From Eledone cirrhosa (lineage: Eukaryota): 64,000 nt of DNA. Shown here piece after piece: positions 1-15,660 of this stretch; positions within the stretch are counted from its first letter, which is position 1, and the number at the start of each line of letters is the position of its first letter. Position numbers and translations under genes: made by a program. The stretch lies in the NCBI GenBank assembly GCA_964016885.1, contig OZ024743.1:25668001-25732000 (forward strand). The letters are read 5' to 3'. The notes beneath the pieces are model-generated. The model was not told where the DNA came from. It did not search any database and was given only the letters and a program-made list of their open reading frames with translations.

Positions 1-115
<115 letters not shown>

Positions 116-645
116 AATGTATATACATATATATACATATGTGTGTGTGTGTGTATAGTAATGTTACAAAATAGCAAAGATGAAATATATATATATATTC
201 ATGTTTAAAGCGCAAATGCGATTGAGAAATGTATAGATTTTTGTGAATGTATAGTACCCCCATTGAATACTGCAAAACATTTTCCGTGCCCCACGCGCCT
301 ATAGATGCATGCAAATATATGTGTTAATGATTTTTAGCACATATTTTGTGGGAGAATAAATATCGTCTGTTGAATATATCTAAATACATGACTGGTACTA
401 ATTTTATCGAGCCCTGGTGGTGGTGGTGGTGGTGGTGGTGGTGGTGGTTTTGGTCGTCGTCGTCGGATGTGAATAATGTTGCATGAGAATTAATATTAAG
501 TTCGGTGGAAGGAGAGAAATGATCATAGCTATTCAGAAGAGAGTCAACTAGACGATCTCACTTGGCCATTTTGGTCAATATTCTTTTTTCCACACCCAAT
601 AAACAACAGAAAATATTTTCTGGATATGAAACAGAAAATGAATAA

Positions 646-893
<248 letters not shown>

Positions 894-987
894 GATTAGC
901 CACCAAATTCGGAGACCCAATCATTTAAAGATGTATAATAAAATTAACTCTACTTCTAAAATCACATCTATTGTGATATCTGGTATA

Positions 988-1155
988 CAGTGAAATTCCA
1001 TTATAACGAAATTGCCGTAGGTAGGAAAAAATTCGTTGTAACGAAAAATCTTTATAACGAGATCGACCGAAACAAATAGAGCGTTTGTTTGTTATTACCT
1101 CGTTATAACTGAAAAATTCATTGTAATGGTACTTGTTATAACGGAATTTTACCTG
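988..1155. mobile_element. Tc1/mariner-pogo (Tigger-like) MITE
   Basis: TIRs cagtgaaattccattataac / gttataacggaattttacctg, TA on both flanks, internal ttataacg subterminal repeats. Confidence 0.8.
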
Positions 1156-1287
1156 TATATATCATTTACACACGGAACAGAAAGGGCTACCTAAAGTTTC
1201 AAGGTTCAATTATGACCATCTCCCCAGATTGGACAACATTGGAACTTTAGGTAGCTCTTTGTTTTTCCATGTATAAAAATAAATGAA

Positions 1288-1329
<42 letters not shown>

Positions 1330-1779
1330 CAATTTGTATTGGTTGCCCTACATAGCGATGTACATATAAATGTAGGTATTTATATTGAATAATATACGGG
1401 GTATTTCTAAAAAAAACATTTGCAGGCATTTCGCTATGAAATTTTAAGTTTGTTGTGACCCTCATCACACTCCTAGTCTCAACGACAACAGAGGCAGGTG
1501 ATCGCTGATGCCATCGTTTCTAATAGCATTTATTGAAACTACATATCTCCCTGCTGTTGCTGAAACTAAAGATATTCAGTGTTACATAGAATGGTACAAG
1601 TCAGACCCTTCGAATTACAGGTACATCTTATTTTTACCAGATAAGTGAACTAGAGCTACGCTTCTACCGGAATTGAACTCACGTCCTTGAATCTTGAACC
1701 GAAAACTTAAACTACAACGCCACGTGCTTTTACATTGCGTTAATTAATAGTATGATATGGTATGATATGGACTTGTAAA

Positions 1780-2103
1780 TCCTGAGGGAGTCGTAGGGGC
1801 GCCATATTGACATACTGCATTGCTAGGGCATTTTTTAAACCTGGCGGAGCCCATCTCCTCTCCAGGCCTAAATACAGCAGATTTCTTCCTGGGAAGTATA
1901 GAGAGAGTGAGAGAAAGGAAGTGAGATAGAGATGTAGAGGAAGAATTGACCCCAGTATTTGACTGGTACTTTTTTTATCGACCATTAATGGATGAAAGGC
2001 AAAGTTAACCTCAGTGGGATTTGAACTCAGAGAGCAGAAAGCCAAAATAAATATTACAAAGCATTCTATCCGACGTTCTAACGACTCTGCCAATTCGCCA
2101 CCT
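1780..2103 (-). mobile_element. tRNA-derived SINE, long-tailed subfamily
   Basis: B-box (ggatttgaactc on +), Nin-like domain; tail block (ggagcccatctc...agatttcttcc) also at ~5265-5340 and ~11240-11340. Confidence 0.75.
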
Positions 2104-2434
2104 ATCCATTAATTAATACGTGCAATAAATGACAGCACTAAAGGATTTGTTACGGCATTCATATTGTATAGACGACATCGTTTAGGCTGTACCTACCATT
2201 TCAGATACAACCGTATTGTTGATCACCCTCAAAACTATTTGCAGTCTTGCTGTCTGTTTAACTGACCCACATCTATTGAAAACTAAATCTACTCAGACCA
2301 TTGTCGGTCGCCCACATTGACTGGTCAGTTGATGTTAGATATTTTTCTTCTTTTTTTTCCTTTTGGTAGAGAGGATGAGAGGTCTATTTTAAGACAGCCA
2401 CTTCCTCTATAACGATCGGATTCTTTTTGTACAT

Positions 2435-2578
<144 letters not shown>

Positions 2579-2928
2579 GATATACATATATATGTATATA
2601 TCGATAGCTTATAACAATGACAACAAAAAGAATGATAATGATGATTATAATTGATGATGATGCTGATGATGATGAGGGCAGGGGGGAATGAAGAAGTTAT
2701 TGTTATGGTGGGAGTAGTGGTCACTATCATTATCATACAGCAGGGACTAAATACAATAGACGTGGGGGGCGTTGAAATGGCGTTAGGCTAGCAAAATTAT
2801 GGCTGGGTCACGAATAGACAGTATATTAGCAGACACAGTAAACAGATACAGAAAGCCTGCTTATGTTTCATATACATGTGTGTATGCGTGCGTGTGTGTG
2901 TGTGTGTGTGTATGTATATATATATATG

Positions 2929-2988
<60 letters not shown>

Positions 2989-3001
2989 CATATATATATA
3001 A

Positions 3002-3079
<78 letters not shown>

Positions 3080-3549
3080 GCACACACACACACATAATTC
3101 AATAAAATATTTAGCTATGAGTCTATTTCTTTGCTTCAAATTTATTGCTTCTTATTTTATTCATTCTTCCCTATTACCATCTCACTTCTTTTTTTCTTTA
3201 ATAGCTATCTCATTCCATGTATAAATATGAACACATTAAGTTCGATTCTGTGTTTATACAGGATTTCGTTTCGTGAAGCCAAGGGCCATGAGCCAATCAC
3301 CATAAATTTAACCGGCAGCGCCATATAAGGTCAAATTTTGTTATTAGAATGTGGCATTCGATATTAAATCATTAACCATCTCTAATATTCTCATATTAAT
3401 TTACCCACAGTTGGCCGCAGAAACATATCTACATTTCTTCTCTACTAGCTACAGACAGTCGACTTGTTGACTATAACATAGACGATAGATTTATACAAAA
3501 TCTGAAGATATATACATTCACAAATAAATGTAGAACAATGTACATAAGC

Positions 3550-3612
<63 letters not shown>

Positions 3613-3849
3613 TGTCTGTCTTTCTGGGTGTCTCTCTCTGTGTGTAAGTGTGTGTCATGGTCGTTTAGCTCAATGCTACAGAGCGTTCAATCGGAATTTG
3701 GGAGGTACGATGTTCGATATTTCGTAGCAGCTCTTGCCCTATGCTTTCGGTCATTGGGGGTATTTTGCCAGATTTTCAAACCTATTGTTTATACCAATAG
3801 TCTGTAGTTATAGTTATTTTCTGCGTTTGGGATTTCTACACTTTCTAAC

Positions 3850-3901
<52 letters not shown>

Positions 3902-3907
<6 letters not shown>

Positions 3908-4166
3908 ATTCAATATAATAAATAGAGATAAATATATATATATATATGCATATCTGTGTTAAAAATTATAAGGGACCAAATTTGATAGTTATCACAATCG
4001 GTTTGTATTTTTACCTAATTTATTCTTTTAATTGAGTCTGGGAAATCGTATTGTTTATAGTTAGTATACTATTCACCCTAGAGAATATGGTCCCTTATAA
4101 TTTTGAACACAGATATGTATATATATATGTGCTTATCTCTCTTTATTATATTGAATTATTATACAC
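3902..4166. repeat. Imperfect inverted repeat (~75-bp arms) in a microsatellite-flanked insert
   Basis: ataattcaatataataaa...ataagggacca versus tggtcccttat...tttattatattgaattat. Confidence 0.8.
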
Positions 4167-4241
4167 GGCCCTGAATTTTTTTTAGTTGAGCTATTTCAAT
4201 TGTAACGGACTACTCTGAGTTTCTAACTCAATATATACTTT

Positions 4242-4308
<67 letters not shown>

Positions 4309-4501
4309 AGTGGAAGCTTAGTAAAATCGAAGCTTTGGTTGTGGCCAAGCAAAACGACCTACAATTAGGAATGAGCAGCAAAGTACTCAATAAGGTCGGC
4401 CCTTACAGTAATAACGTACGTTTAGACAGCTTGACAAATAAAAAATTGCGGCAGGTAAACCCAGCCATACAATACCAGAAACAACGAAAAGACTAATCAG
4501 G

Positions 4502-4572
<71 letters not shown>

Positions 4573-4622
4573 TAGATATAGATATATATATAGATATAGA
4601 TAGATATAGATATAGTTAGAAA

Positions 4623-4650
4623 GGTTGGTGGTGCGAGTACGGAGTTCCTG

Positions 4651-4694
<44 letters not shown>

Positions 4695-4838
4695 CAGGAA
4701 CTCCGTACTCGCACCACCAACCACACAAACGAAGACGGGTGAGTTGCATTACGTCGAGTGCTCTCCCTAATATTACATCGAGGTTGACCAAACGGAATGA
4801 ACAGTTCTATCCAGTGGTGAGCCAACAAACCTAAATAA

Positions 4839-4840
<2 letters not shown>
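4623..4840. mobile_element. (AT)n-embedded short repeat family B with terminal inversion across (AT)n
   Basis: 4623-4656 is the reverse complement of 4689-4722; body 4689-4840 recurs at 21775-21915. Confidence 0.75.
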
Positions 4841-5184
<344 letters not shown>

Positions 5185-5340
5185 ATGGATGGGTGGTCCG
5201 GTAACTCCCGATAGAATTGTAGGGAAGCCGTATTGATATACACCGTTTCTAGTGCATTTTCCTCAAACCTAGTGGAGCCCATCTCTTTTCCAGGTCTGTA
5301 TACAACAGATTTCTTCCAGAGAGAAGATAGAGAGTAAGAT

Positions 5341-5465
5341 AATTGGTTCTACTTTTGGCACAAGGCCAGCAATTATCCAGTACATTACTGGTACTTTATT
5401 TTATCGACCCCGTAAGGATGAAAAGCAAAGTTAATCTCGACGGGATTTGAACTCAAACCGTAAAG
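5341..5465 (-). mobile_element. tRNA-SINE (Nin domain), 5'-truncated, nested in an older SINE
   Basis: ctggtactttattttatcgaccccgtaaggatgaaa motif. Confidence 0.8.
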
Positions 5466-5905
5466 GGAAAATAATGAAAGTGAGAAAGAAATATTCTGGA
5501 AGAATCAACCCTAGTACTAGACTGGTACTTTTATCGACCTAATAAATTAAAATCCTGGCAAGGATTCAAATTTATCATCAAATGAGTCATCAATTGTTCT
5601 TGCAAGGCCATCATCTTCTCTTAGCCCTCCTGTAGTAAAGCTTCATCGGTTAGGTATTAGCCTCTTCGGAACAGGTTAACTACGAGTCCACTGTCTTGGT
5701 GTGAATTCACCATTACAGTTGTAAGCTCCATGTTCAGTGTCATGTGACAGTGAAGAGGAGTTAAGCTACCACTGCCTATTTTCAAAGAACACGTCGGTAC
5801 GTTTTTTTCAAATTGAAGAAAGTAAAAATGAAAACTGGCCACGAAGTACTCGACCAGGCCGTCCGACAAAAAGACAAAATCGCAAACATTATATATATAT
5901 GCATA

Positions 5906-6095
5906 TGGTGGTGGATTGGCAGTATCGGTAGAGGATCGGACGCCATGCTTTCCAGCATAGTTACGTCCCTTTACGATCTGAGTTCAAATCCTGCCGAGGT
6001 TGACTTTGCCTTTCATCCTTACGGGGTCGATAAAATAAAGTACCAGTAATACACTGGGATAATTGCTGGCCTTGTGCCTAAAGTAGAAACAATTA
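5906..6095 (+). mobile_element. Full-length tRNA-SINE with Nin/Deu-type domain
   Basis: A-box tggcagtatcggt, B-box gagttcaaatcc, gcctttcatccttacggggtcgataaaataaagtaccag; TSD attatatatatatgcata on both sides. Confidence 0.9.
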
Positions 6096-6123
6096 TATAT
6101 ATATGCATACACACACACACACG

Positions 6124-6206
<83 letters not shown>

Positions 6207-6526
6207 GTTCTGATATATATACATACATACATACATTGTGAAATTATAAAACCAGAAGAACATACACACATACATATATACACACACATACATACATACA
6301 TACACACATACATACATACATAAAAAAAATATGTAAAACATTCCAAAAATGTTGCATCTAATAACTGCATATACACATGTACAGATACAAAGCATATACA
6401 CATGCACACGTACAACTCAAAATATACACATCCACACGTACAGTAACATCCATATCTACACATACATGCAGACATACATACATACACACATACATACATA
6501 CATACATAACATACATACATACACAG

Positions 6527-6720
6527 ATGGTGGCTGCCAACTCGTTTTCGAGTACGGCCACTACTTTATATCCATGTAGGAGAACCCCCACCAATGCTCT
6601 GAACGAGTGTGACTTTTTAGTCCAGCCAGCGACTTGAAAACTCTGGTACAAACACTACACCTGTGACAATTATTGACACATAGTGCTGGGCCCATGGTAC
6701 CATGTGACGACAAGTGCAGA
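6527..6720 (-). mobile_element. RTE-clade 3' end with C2H2 finger and (TATG)n tail
   Basis: CSVCTRVFKSLAGLKSHTRSEH; near-identical at 16601 and 17271; embedded in (CATA)n. Confidence 0.7.
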
Positions 6721-6852
6721 TACGTACATACATACATACATACATACATACATACATACATACACACATATATACATACATACACACATACATGCACACA
6801 TACATACATACATACATACATACATACATACATACATACATACATACATACA

Positions 6853-6883
<31 letters not shown>

Positions 6884-8030
6884 GTGTATATATATATATA
6901 TATGAGAACATTTTCAGGACAAGAGCAGATCTCCAGTAAATAATATTTTCCCTATTTTACATTCGAAATAGTTTCCTTTACGTAAACAATGATTCCAGCA
7001 CACTTCACAAACACCGCTTTCCTGGTCCTTTACCTGGACGCCGTGCAATACCATTTATGGTCTGTTTGAATTTGTACCCTCTCGAACCGAAGCCCCATCA
7101 GGTTTTATTACAGTTTTGGATACACGGTGAATGATCAAGTTATAGGCCAGGCATGTATATAAAAAGCTGCAAGACAAACGTTGCAGCAACATTATGCATT
7201 TCCACGTTCGGTAGATTCCATAACTGATACCTTTCTTGTGTGAGAACTAGTAGATTGTTGGATTTTTTCGGGGGGTGGGTGAGGGGGGAGGGTCGTGATT
7301 GCTGTTCTCTCAGTGGTTGGCATTCTGGCTGCTTATCATCTTCAAATAACACTTGAATATATAAGTTCACATATAAAGGCCCATATTTTGTGTGGCCTCC
7401 TAGACTGTTCGCACGTAGAAAAGGAGATGAACACCTGGTACAAGTGTTCGCAACAGAGTAGACCCAGCTAAAACCCTCAAGGGCCAAATATTCTGGCTGG
7501 CGTCTGATATGTATACAATACAAGTCGGTTACAGCGGCACTGAACCACAGAATACAAAGTTCTGGAACAAACACCGCAAGGATTCTAACCTGACTCTGAG
7601 GCAATTCCACCAAGCCACCACCTTGGACTCGTACTTTATTTCATTGAACCCAAAAAGAAATAAAGGTAAAGCTGATCAAGGCAGGATTTGATACCTGTGA
7701 GCAGAGAATCAGAAAAAATATTTTTAAATATGCTATTACAAGGAATTACCAGATGAAATCCGAAAAGCCAGGTGGTGGTAATTGTATAAAGAGAGAAAGA
7801 TTGCAGTATAGATAGGTGTATGGGCGGTGTTAGAAAAAAGGAAAATATAAAAGCTCTGTTTTTAAATGCAGTATTTATCAATTTACTAACCAAGCCGAAA
7901 ATTGGGTCTTTGGTTTCACGTGTTCCGTATTAGCGGCAGATAAACTTTGATCATCCTTATATATACACACAGATACATACACGCACACACATATATGTAT
8001 ATAGATACAAACACATACACATACATACAC

Positions 8031-8127
<97 letters not shown>

Positions 8128-8904
8128 TACACACACACACATACATGCATACCCACACATATCAGTCTACCAGGTTATCGATCCATCCATCTATGAGAAC
8201 ATTCACATACACACAGATGCACACAGAAAGATTGACAGGTGTTACAGAAAATACCTACTTCTTTCTCTATGACTGTTTATGTATGTATGTTTCAATATGT
8301 ATATATTTAAATGTGAGCCTGTTTGTGTGTATGTACACACACACACACACATATATATATATACACTCACATTATATATATACATATATAATGTATCTGT
8401 ACATGTGAAAGTACGGCCAACGATCCATATGGATGTACAAACGAACAATAAATCATGAGCGTATGTTTATATGTATACATATGCGTGTACATTATGAATA
8501 TACATGCGCTTGCGTGCGTGCAAACGTATGTGTGTTACTTATTGTTCATCGAGATTGTTGTTCACCGTTATCAAATATTGCTACACGTGTCCATATATAT
8601 CGAACCGCTTGTTTGCCCACTGCGCATAATGTGTCAGCAATTATTTGGGCCTTTTAAAACTTTATCCAGCCAGAAAACCATTTTAAGTGTAAAAAAAATT
8701 AGCTTATATCGCATTTTTTATATATTTCTTTCAATGTTGTTTTTTTATCCTCAAACCCAACCATACGATCTGATATAAAGTTATTTAAAAAAAGAAGTAT
8801 GTAAATGGAGCTCCGTCAGCATCAACGATGAGAATTCAGTTTCTCGATCAATAGAACTTCCTGCTCATTAAATTTGTATTTATGTAGCCGGGTATTCAAC
8901 ACTG

Positions 8905-9418
8905 ATTGCTGATGCCTTTTTCCCAATGACTAGATCATTTCTTCGAATGTGTGTCTGTTCAACAGTGAAAATCTTTTCATCTGACCAGACAATTTCCCCT
9001 GCCATGCCACGTTTATTTCTTCAAGAAAATGCTTGCTTGTCTCTAGGATTTTTCTTTTGTCTTTTCAGAAAGGGTTTGTCTCTTCTGAAGGGTGAAAGAA
9101 GACATTCACAAGTCATCATTGATAACCCTTCCCATTGTACTAGGACTTACTCGGACGCCTTTTGCCACTTTTCTCATAGACCTTTTCCAATTTCTTCTTA
9201 TCCTTTCTCAAATGACTTTAATAAGATTTAATAAGAGTAGGAGTTGGTTTACATCGCAGTCTTCCACTTCTGGGTCAATCCAACAAATCTCATTGCTCTT
9301 TAAAACGCTTCACAGCTTTCCAAACAGTAGATCTTGCAACCGAAAGTAACTTTGCAGTATTCGAATCTGACCTACCTGCGCAATGAAGTTTGAGTAGCAT
9401 TTCTCAATTGGATGACAT
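8905..9418 (-). pseudogene. Tc1/mariner DD37D (maT-like) transposase N-terminal relic
   Basis: Manual translation: VARSTVWKAVKRFKE, PRSGR, RIRRNWKRSMRKVAK, EIVWSDEKIFTVEQTHIRRNDLV, with stops and frameshifts; not in ORF track. Confidence 0.8.
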
Positions 9419-9608
9419 TTTCAAATTCTTTAAGAAATTCAAACAAAACGGACCACAAAACAAAGGCAGGATGAAGAAGAAGAGAAAACACAAAACAGAT
9501 AATCATTGAGGTCAATAAATATAAAGTGAAAATTATATGGTGCGTATGTTTCTTTTTATTGTTAATACTGGCAACATTAGCATCCTGAAATTTAACAATA
9601 TATAAACA

Positions 9609-9689
<81 letters not shown>

Positions 9690-9786
9690 GAACTTTTAAG
9701 ATTTTTTGCTTTGACTGTTTGCTCTTATATGGATTATACCCCTTGATAAGTTGAGAAATTCCTCAGCCGTCGGGGTCCTGAATCTT

Positions 9787-9920
<134 letters not shown>

Positions 9921-10316
9921 CGCCAGACAGTCCTATACGAGCGAGACAACCAATCTTGCCTCGTGTAATTCCCGTCTAAACCCATGCTAACGTGGAAGAT
10001 AGACGTTAAACGATGATGATGATGATGATATATCCCTACTTTTTATGCATCGTTATTCTATCCTGTCCTTTCGCAAGCAGTAACTGCACTCGTTTTGTTA
10101 CTTTCATCTGGCAGTAAGATGAGATTATAAATAATCTAAATAGTGCAACCCATATATAGATAGATACATATCAGTCGCATACATAAACATGCACACACAC
10201 ACACAGTTATGTCCTCTCTCTGTCATACACCTAACTCCCTCTCTTTGTTTCTTTATTTCTCCTTCTCCTTCATCTCTCCCTCTATCTCGCTCTCTTTCAT
10301 CCTTCTCATTCTTTCT

Positions 10317-10353
<37 letters not shown>

Positions 10354-10882
10354 ACTTTCCTTCTCACTTACCATTCACTAAAGTCTACATTTCATGCCAG
10401 GATTGACCTTGTAAGTCTCGCAAGACCGTATCGAACTCAAGATGAACATTGTCAGAAACATTCAATTGCCTGGGCATTTCTTCAGGCTATGATTCAATTT
10501 CTCATATAAGCCTGAAGGCTAGGTATTGTTGCCAGCGAATATATTATAGACCAGTAATTTATTCTTACAAAACCCAATGCCACACTTTGGTTAATGGTTA
10601 AAAATTACGAATGCAATAAAATTATAAAAACTGGCAGTCTTATTATTAAAATAGAATAATGTTGAGTATTGAACCTGCGAAATAAATGACCGCAATAAAT
10701 TAAATTGAGACACTTTCAGCTATCAAAACTACATAATGGGGTCACATAGAAATTTAAATGTTAATAGAGTTACAGGCAGTACGTGCTTCAGAGTTCAATT
10801 TAAATATGTCACCTCCTCAATTTGATCAAAATATACCAGCTGATATCGAACTTAAATTACACACTAGACTACTATAGACATA

Positions 10883-11075
10883 ATGGTTTCTTATATTGGC
10901 ACAAGGCCAGCAATTTTGGGGGTGGGAATAGTCGATTAAATAGACCCCATTGCATGACTCGTACTTTATTTTATTGAACCCGTAAGGATGAAGGCAAAGT
11001 TAACCGTGGCGGAATTTGAATTCATAAAGGGCCGTAACTCTATGCTGCAAAGCATGGCGTCCGACCATCTACCGA
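10883..11075 (-). mobile_element. tRNA-SINE (Nin domain)
   Basis: Family 3' end ggcacaaggccagcaat and Nin motif on the reverse strand. Confidence 0.85.
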
Positions 11076-11605
11076 TGGAAGACAATTTCATTTCTTACTT
11101 CAATTATAACAACTTTTCAGCCTGGGCAACGCAGGGTATTCTGTTAATATAGGTACATATATGTATTTATGAAGCCGTAATTCCTGACAGAGTTGTAAAG
11201 GCGCCACGGATCATACAGCGTGTCTTGAGCATGTTAAACTTGGTGGAGCCCATCCCTCTGATGTTCTGAATACAGTTGATTTCTTCCAAAACTAAAAACA
11301 CAGTGTGAGAGAGGAAGTGAGAAAGCGATATAGAGGATAAATTTACCCCCAACACTTCACTGGTACTTCTTTTATCAACTTAGAAAGGATTTGAACTCAT
11401 AACGCAAAAAGACGAAATAAGTACGGCAAATCATTCTGTCTGATGTCCTAACGACTTTGCCAATTCGGCATCCCATATATAGGCGTATGTTATCGCCGCA
11501 AAATGCTGACTGAACAAACACGTGCATTTTCTTACAAATATTGTTCTCTCTTTCTTCCTCTTCTCGCTTTCCTCTATCTTTCTATTTCTTTTATGTTTGA
11601 ATCTT

Positions 11606-11642
11606 TCTTCTGATGAAGGTGTAGCGTTCGAAACGTTAATAC
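11606..11642 (+). ncRNA. Minimal Penelope-type hammerhead motif (family G)
   Basis: ctt CTGATGA aggtgtagcgttc GAAA cgtt aa; stems weak; better copy at 31223. Confidence 0.5.
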
Positions 11643-11805
11643 TATTTTCCTTCTATACCAAGCATCAAACTGATGGAGCGTTTTTTTTAAATCCCAACTT
11701 ACAGACTAGTTTTATTTAGTCAAATACGGCGTAAGCACATGTTACTACCTAATTTTCAAATTCGCTAGCTGTTTATAAACAAAACCTGCCCTGTGTCTCC
11801 CTATT

Positions 11806-11901
<96 letters not shown>

Positions 11902-11930
11902 CATATATATATATACATATATATATATAC

Positions 11931-12011
<81 letters not shown>

Positions 12012-12026
12012 CATATATATATATAC

Positions 12027-12097
<71 letters not shown>

Positions 12098-12162
12098 CAT
12101 ATATATATATACATATATATATATACATATATATATATACATATATATATATACATATATAC

Positions 12163-12206
<44 letters not shown>
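11806..12206. repeat. (AT)n / (ATATATATATAC)n compound microsatellite
   Basis: Direct repeat. Confidence 0.97.
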
Positions 12207-12209
<3 letters not shown>

Positions 12210-12762
12210 TAAAGTTAGTCCTTCATCAGTGATCTTCCAACCATCATTGGTATTTCATCGCTTTAAAGATCATATACCTCCGGTTGGTGCGAGCAACGGC
12301 TAAAAAAAGTCGTTGGGACACGTAAATAAAGGGGACACGAGAGTGTAAACAAACAAAGATGGTGAAGCAACGAAAAGTGAGGAAGAAGGAGCCAAGTCCC
12401 AAATTTCCATGAATATAAGTTTGGTGAAATCGTGAACGAGACAGAATAAAGACCATCAAACCTGGTTGGAATGTGAGCAAGGAAGGAATTCCGTACAGGT
12501 CTAACGGGAGGAAGAAGGGATCTAGTCTGTGAATTCGGTGAACGTAAGTTCTGTGAAATCGTAGACGAGAGAGAGAAAAAAAGCGACCTGCCTGACCAAG
12601 GGTGCGAAAGAAAAGAATTACGCACAGGTCAAACGGGAAGAAGAAGGAGGAGGAGAGGTAGTAACAGAGAGTGAGTGAGTGAGGGGTGAGGAAGAGGCTA
12701 ACAGAGAGAGTGACTGTTAGAGAGGGTAAAGATAAAGAGAAAGAGGAAGCAGTAAGAACGAA

Positions 12763-12765
<3 letters not shown>
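12207..12765 (-). mobile_element. (AT)n-embedded ~560-bp family D (Penelope-like terminal region)
   Basis: Homologous to 50701-51260; minus-strand end carries the half-hammerhead gatcaCTGATGAagg next to (AT)n. Confidence 0.7.
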
Positions 12766-12817
<52 letters not shown>

Positions 12818-12990
12818 AAAGTTTTATTTAAAATTGTTGGGTTACAACGAGTAAATATTTTATAACTGATATAAAAGCACTCAACAGTTTCTGGAGTAGG
12901 TTTACGATATTAAACAAAATCAACTTTTTAAATGGAAGTTGCATTATTATAAGGTATGTCAAAATTATTTATAAAACAGCTTATATATTG

Positions 12991-13056
12991 TATTTTGTCT
13001 GAGGAAGGCATACCATATTTTTAATATGATATCCCAGAAATATATATAACGAAATA
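12991..13056 (+). ncRNA. Type I hammerhead ribozyme motif
   Basis: Stem I tattttgt/acgaaata; CTGAGGA; long stem II (catatt/aatatg, gg.ata/tatcc); GAAA; palindromic tatata; TA. Confidence 0.65.
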
Positions 13057-13096
13057 AATATGGTTTTATAAATATAGTTTCCATTTGTTTAATATC

Positions 13097-13149
<53 letters not shown>

Positions 13150-13300
13150 TGTTCGACTAAACTCTTGAAGGCAGTAACCTACACCATCAATCAAATAACT
13201 AAAACCTGTGAAAAAATGAAAAAACCATCTCTTACCCCTCTCTCCCAATCACTCTTTCTCTCTCCCACTTCCCTTCTATCTCTCATTATTTATTTCTACT

Positions 13301-13520
13301 AAGGGCGGTGGAGTGGCAGTATCGGTAGAGGGTCGGACAACATGCTTTGCAGCATAGAGTTACGGCCCTTTATGATCTGATTTCAAATCCCGCCGAGGTT
13401 AAATTTGCCTTTCATCCTTATGGGGTCGATAAAATAAAGCACCAGTAACGCACTGGGGTCGATTTAATCGACTTTCCCTCCTCCCGAATTACTGGCCTTG
13501 TGCCTATACTAGAAATTATT
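13301..13520 (+). mobile_element. Full-length tRNA-SINE
   Basis: A/B boxes, Nin domain, TSD attatttatttctac. Confidence 0.9.
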
Positions 13521-13529
13521 ATTTATTTC

Positions 13530-13575
<46 letters not shown>

Positions 13576-13782
13576 TCGTTACATCTGTGAACATGGGGAA
13601 TAGTAGAAAATGTGTTTCCATTTCTTTTCCTTTTGCATTAAATTTACCTTAAATCTTTTAAAATACTCTGTTTTCTACATAAGTATTCGTTATTCAATTA
13701 ATCAGGTTGCCAAACAAATTAACGTCATACAAAACAAGCTGGCCATACCCATATGACCTGCAGCCTACTTGACAAAAATAAA

Positions 13783-14162
13783 TAATTGTTTCTACTTTAG
13801 GCACAAGGCCAGCAATTACTCAGTGCATTACTGGTACTTTATTTTATCGACCCCGTAAGGGTGAAAGGCAAAGTCAACCTCGCCGGGATTTGAACTCAGA
13901 TCGTAAAGGGACGTAACTATGCTGGAAAGCATGGCGTCCGACCCTCTACCGATACTGCCAATCCACCATGGGTTCTAATTTAGGCACAAGGCCTACCATT
14001 CTGAAGGAGAGGAAAGTCGATTAAATCGAGTCCAGTTCGTTACTGATACTTTATTTGATCAAGCCATACGGATAAAAAAATAATCTAACCTCGAGGAAAT
14101 TTGAACTCAGAACTCTATACCCCCAAATCAGTACTCTACTGGTACTGCCAATTCACCACCCG
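13783..14162 (-). mobile_element. Two adjacent tRNA-SINEs (young 13783-13968, older 13970-14162)
   Basis: Reverse-complement family motifs. Confidence 0.85.
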
Positions 14163-14308
14163 TGGATATAAATAACGATACCAAAAGAATTCTTGACATA
14201 AATTGCCATATCAGTAAGATTCCATTATATACAAACTCATAGAGGTAGTAATAATCTTCAAAACGATTAAAGATAATCTTTTATGTTTTTCTCTGTACAA
14301 AGAGAATA

Positions 14309-14378
<70 letters not shown>

Positions 14379-14435
14379 TTATGTATGTGTATATATATAT
14401 ATATATATATACATATATGTATTTATGTATGTGTG

Positions 14436-14494
<59 letters not shown>

Positions 14495-14718
14495 GAGGAG
14501 AGAGAGGGAGATAGATAGATCGATAGATTACTGTACAGATTGACGGCTGTGGCATTACATGCGTATATGCGTTTAAACATGAATGCATACATACATCCAT
14601 TGAAATACATATGTAAGAAATTACACATATGTCTCCAAAATATAAAATAAGCTCACGCGTGCAGTCATATACATTCATCATAGACACCATTGAAATTATA
14701 TATATATATATGTATGTA

Positions 14719-14775
<57 letters not shown>

Positions 14776-14799
14776 ATGTGTGTGTGTATGTGTGCGCGC

Positions 14800-14854
<55 letters not shown>

Positions 14855-14861
<7 letters not shown>

Positions 14862-15055
14862 AAAACCACAGACCCACCATCTCAACTCAACTTTTGAAAA
14901 GCAGAACTGCGAAACCGGTAAAGGAACCAAATAAATAAATATATATATTTCTAAATAAGACTCCAGTTGCATTTTCGATTTCATCTTTTTTTCTTTATAC
15001 TTTCACTCGTGTAGGACACCTCGGTTATTTTTCATTTTGTAAAAAAACCTCACTT

Positions 15056-15056
<1 letters not shown>
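14855..15056 (+). mobile_element. Microsatellite-embedded family F with a variant hammerhead at 14891-14924
   Basis: ctt TTGAAAA gcag aa ctgc GAAA ccgg TA aagg; homologue on the minus strand at 23290-23472. Confidence 0.6.
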
Positions 15057-15098
<42 letters not shown>

Positions 15099-15113
15099 AT
15101 ATATATATGTATG

Positions 15114-15234
<121 letters not shown>

Positions 15235-15265
15235 ATATATATACATATATATATGTGTGTGTGTG

Positions 15266-15331
<66 letters not shown>

Positions 15332-15660
15332 TACATATATATATATACATATATATATATATACGTGTGTGTACGTGTGTGATTGTATTTATGCATATAT
15401 TTACGAAGCATCTATGTATGTACCAAGGTATGTATGTATGTGTATATGTACCAAGGTATGTATGTATGTAGGTATTAAAATCATACATCTGAAACACCTC
15501 ATATTCATCTGCTTATTTTTCTACCTTTTTTTATTCATATGCTTATGCATATTTATATAAATCGATATCTTTTTACATAGATACAGGTGTATTCTTCGTC
15601 CTTACATCTATTATATTAATATTAAAATTATTATTACTATTATTATTATTATTGTTGTTG

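Noticed and set aside
5813-5880. Tigger/CENP-B-like peptide KMKTGHEVLDQAV
   Set aside because: Too short to support without a profile search
5906-5995. tRNA genes
   Set aside because: A/B boxes belong to SINE heads; no cloverleaf, and followed by SINE body
6561-6911. Host C2H2 zinc-finger gene
   Set aside because: Single finger in a multi-copy element with a (TATG)n tail and no TGEKP linkers; better explained as an RTE 3' end
7140-7613. 157-aa non-repetitive ORF
   Set aside because: No recognisable domain; starts next to a SINE remnant; length compatible with chance
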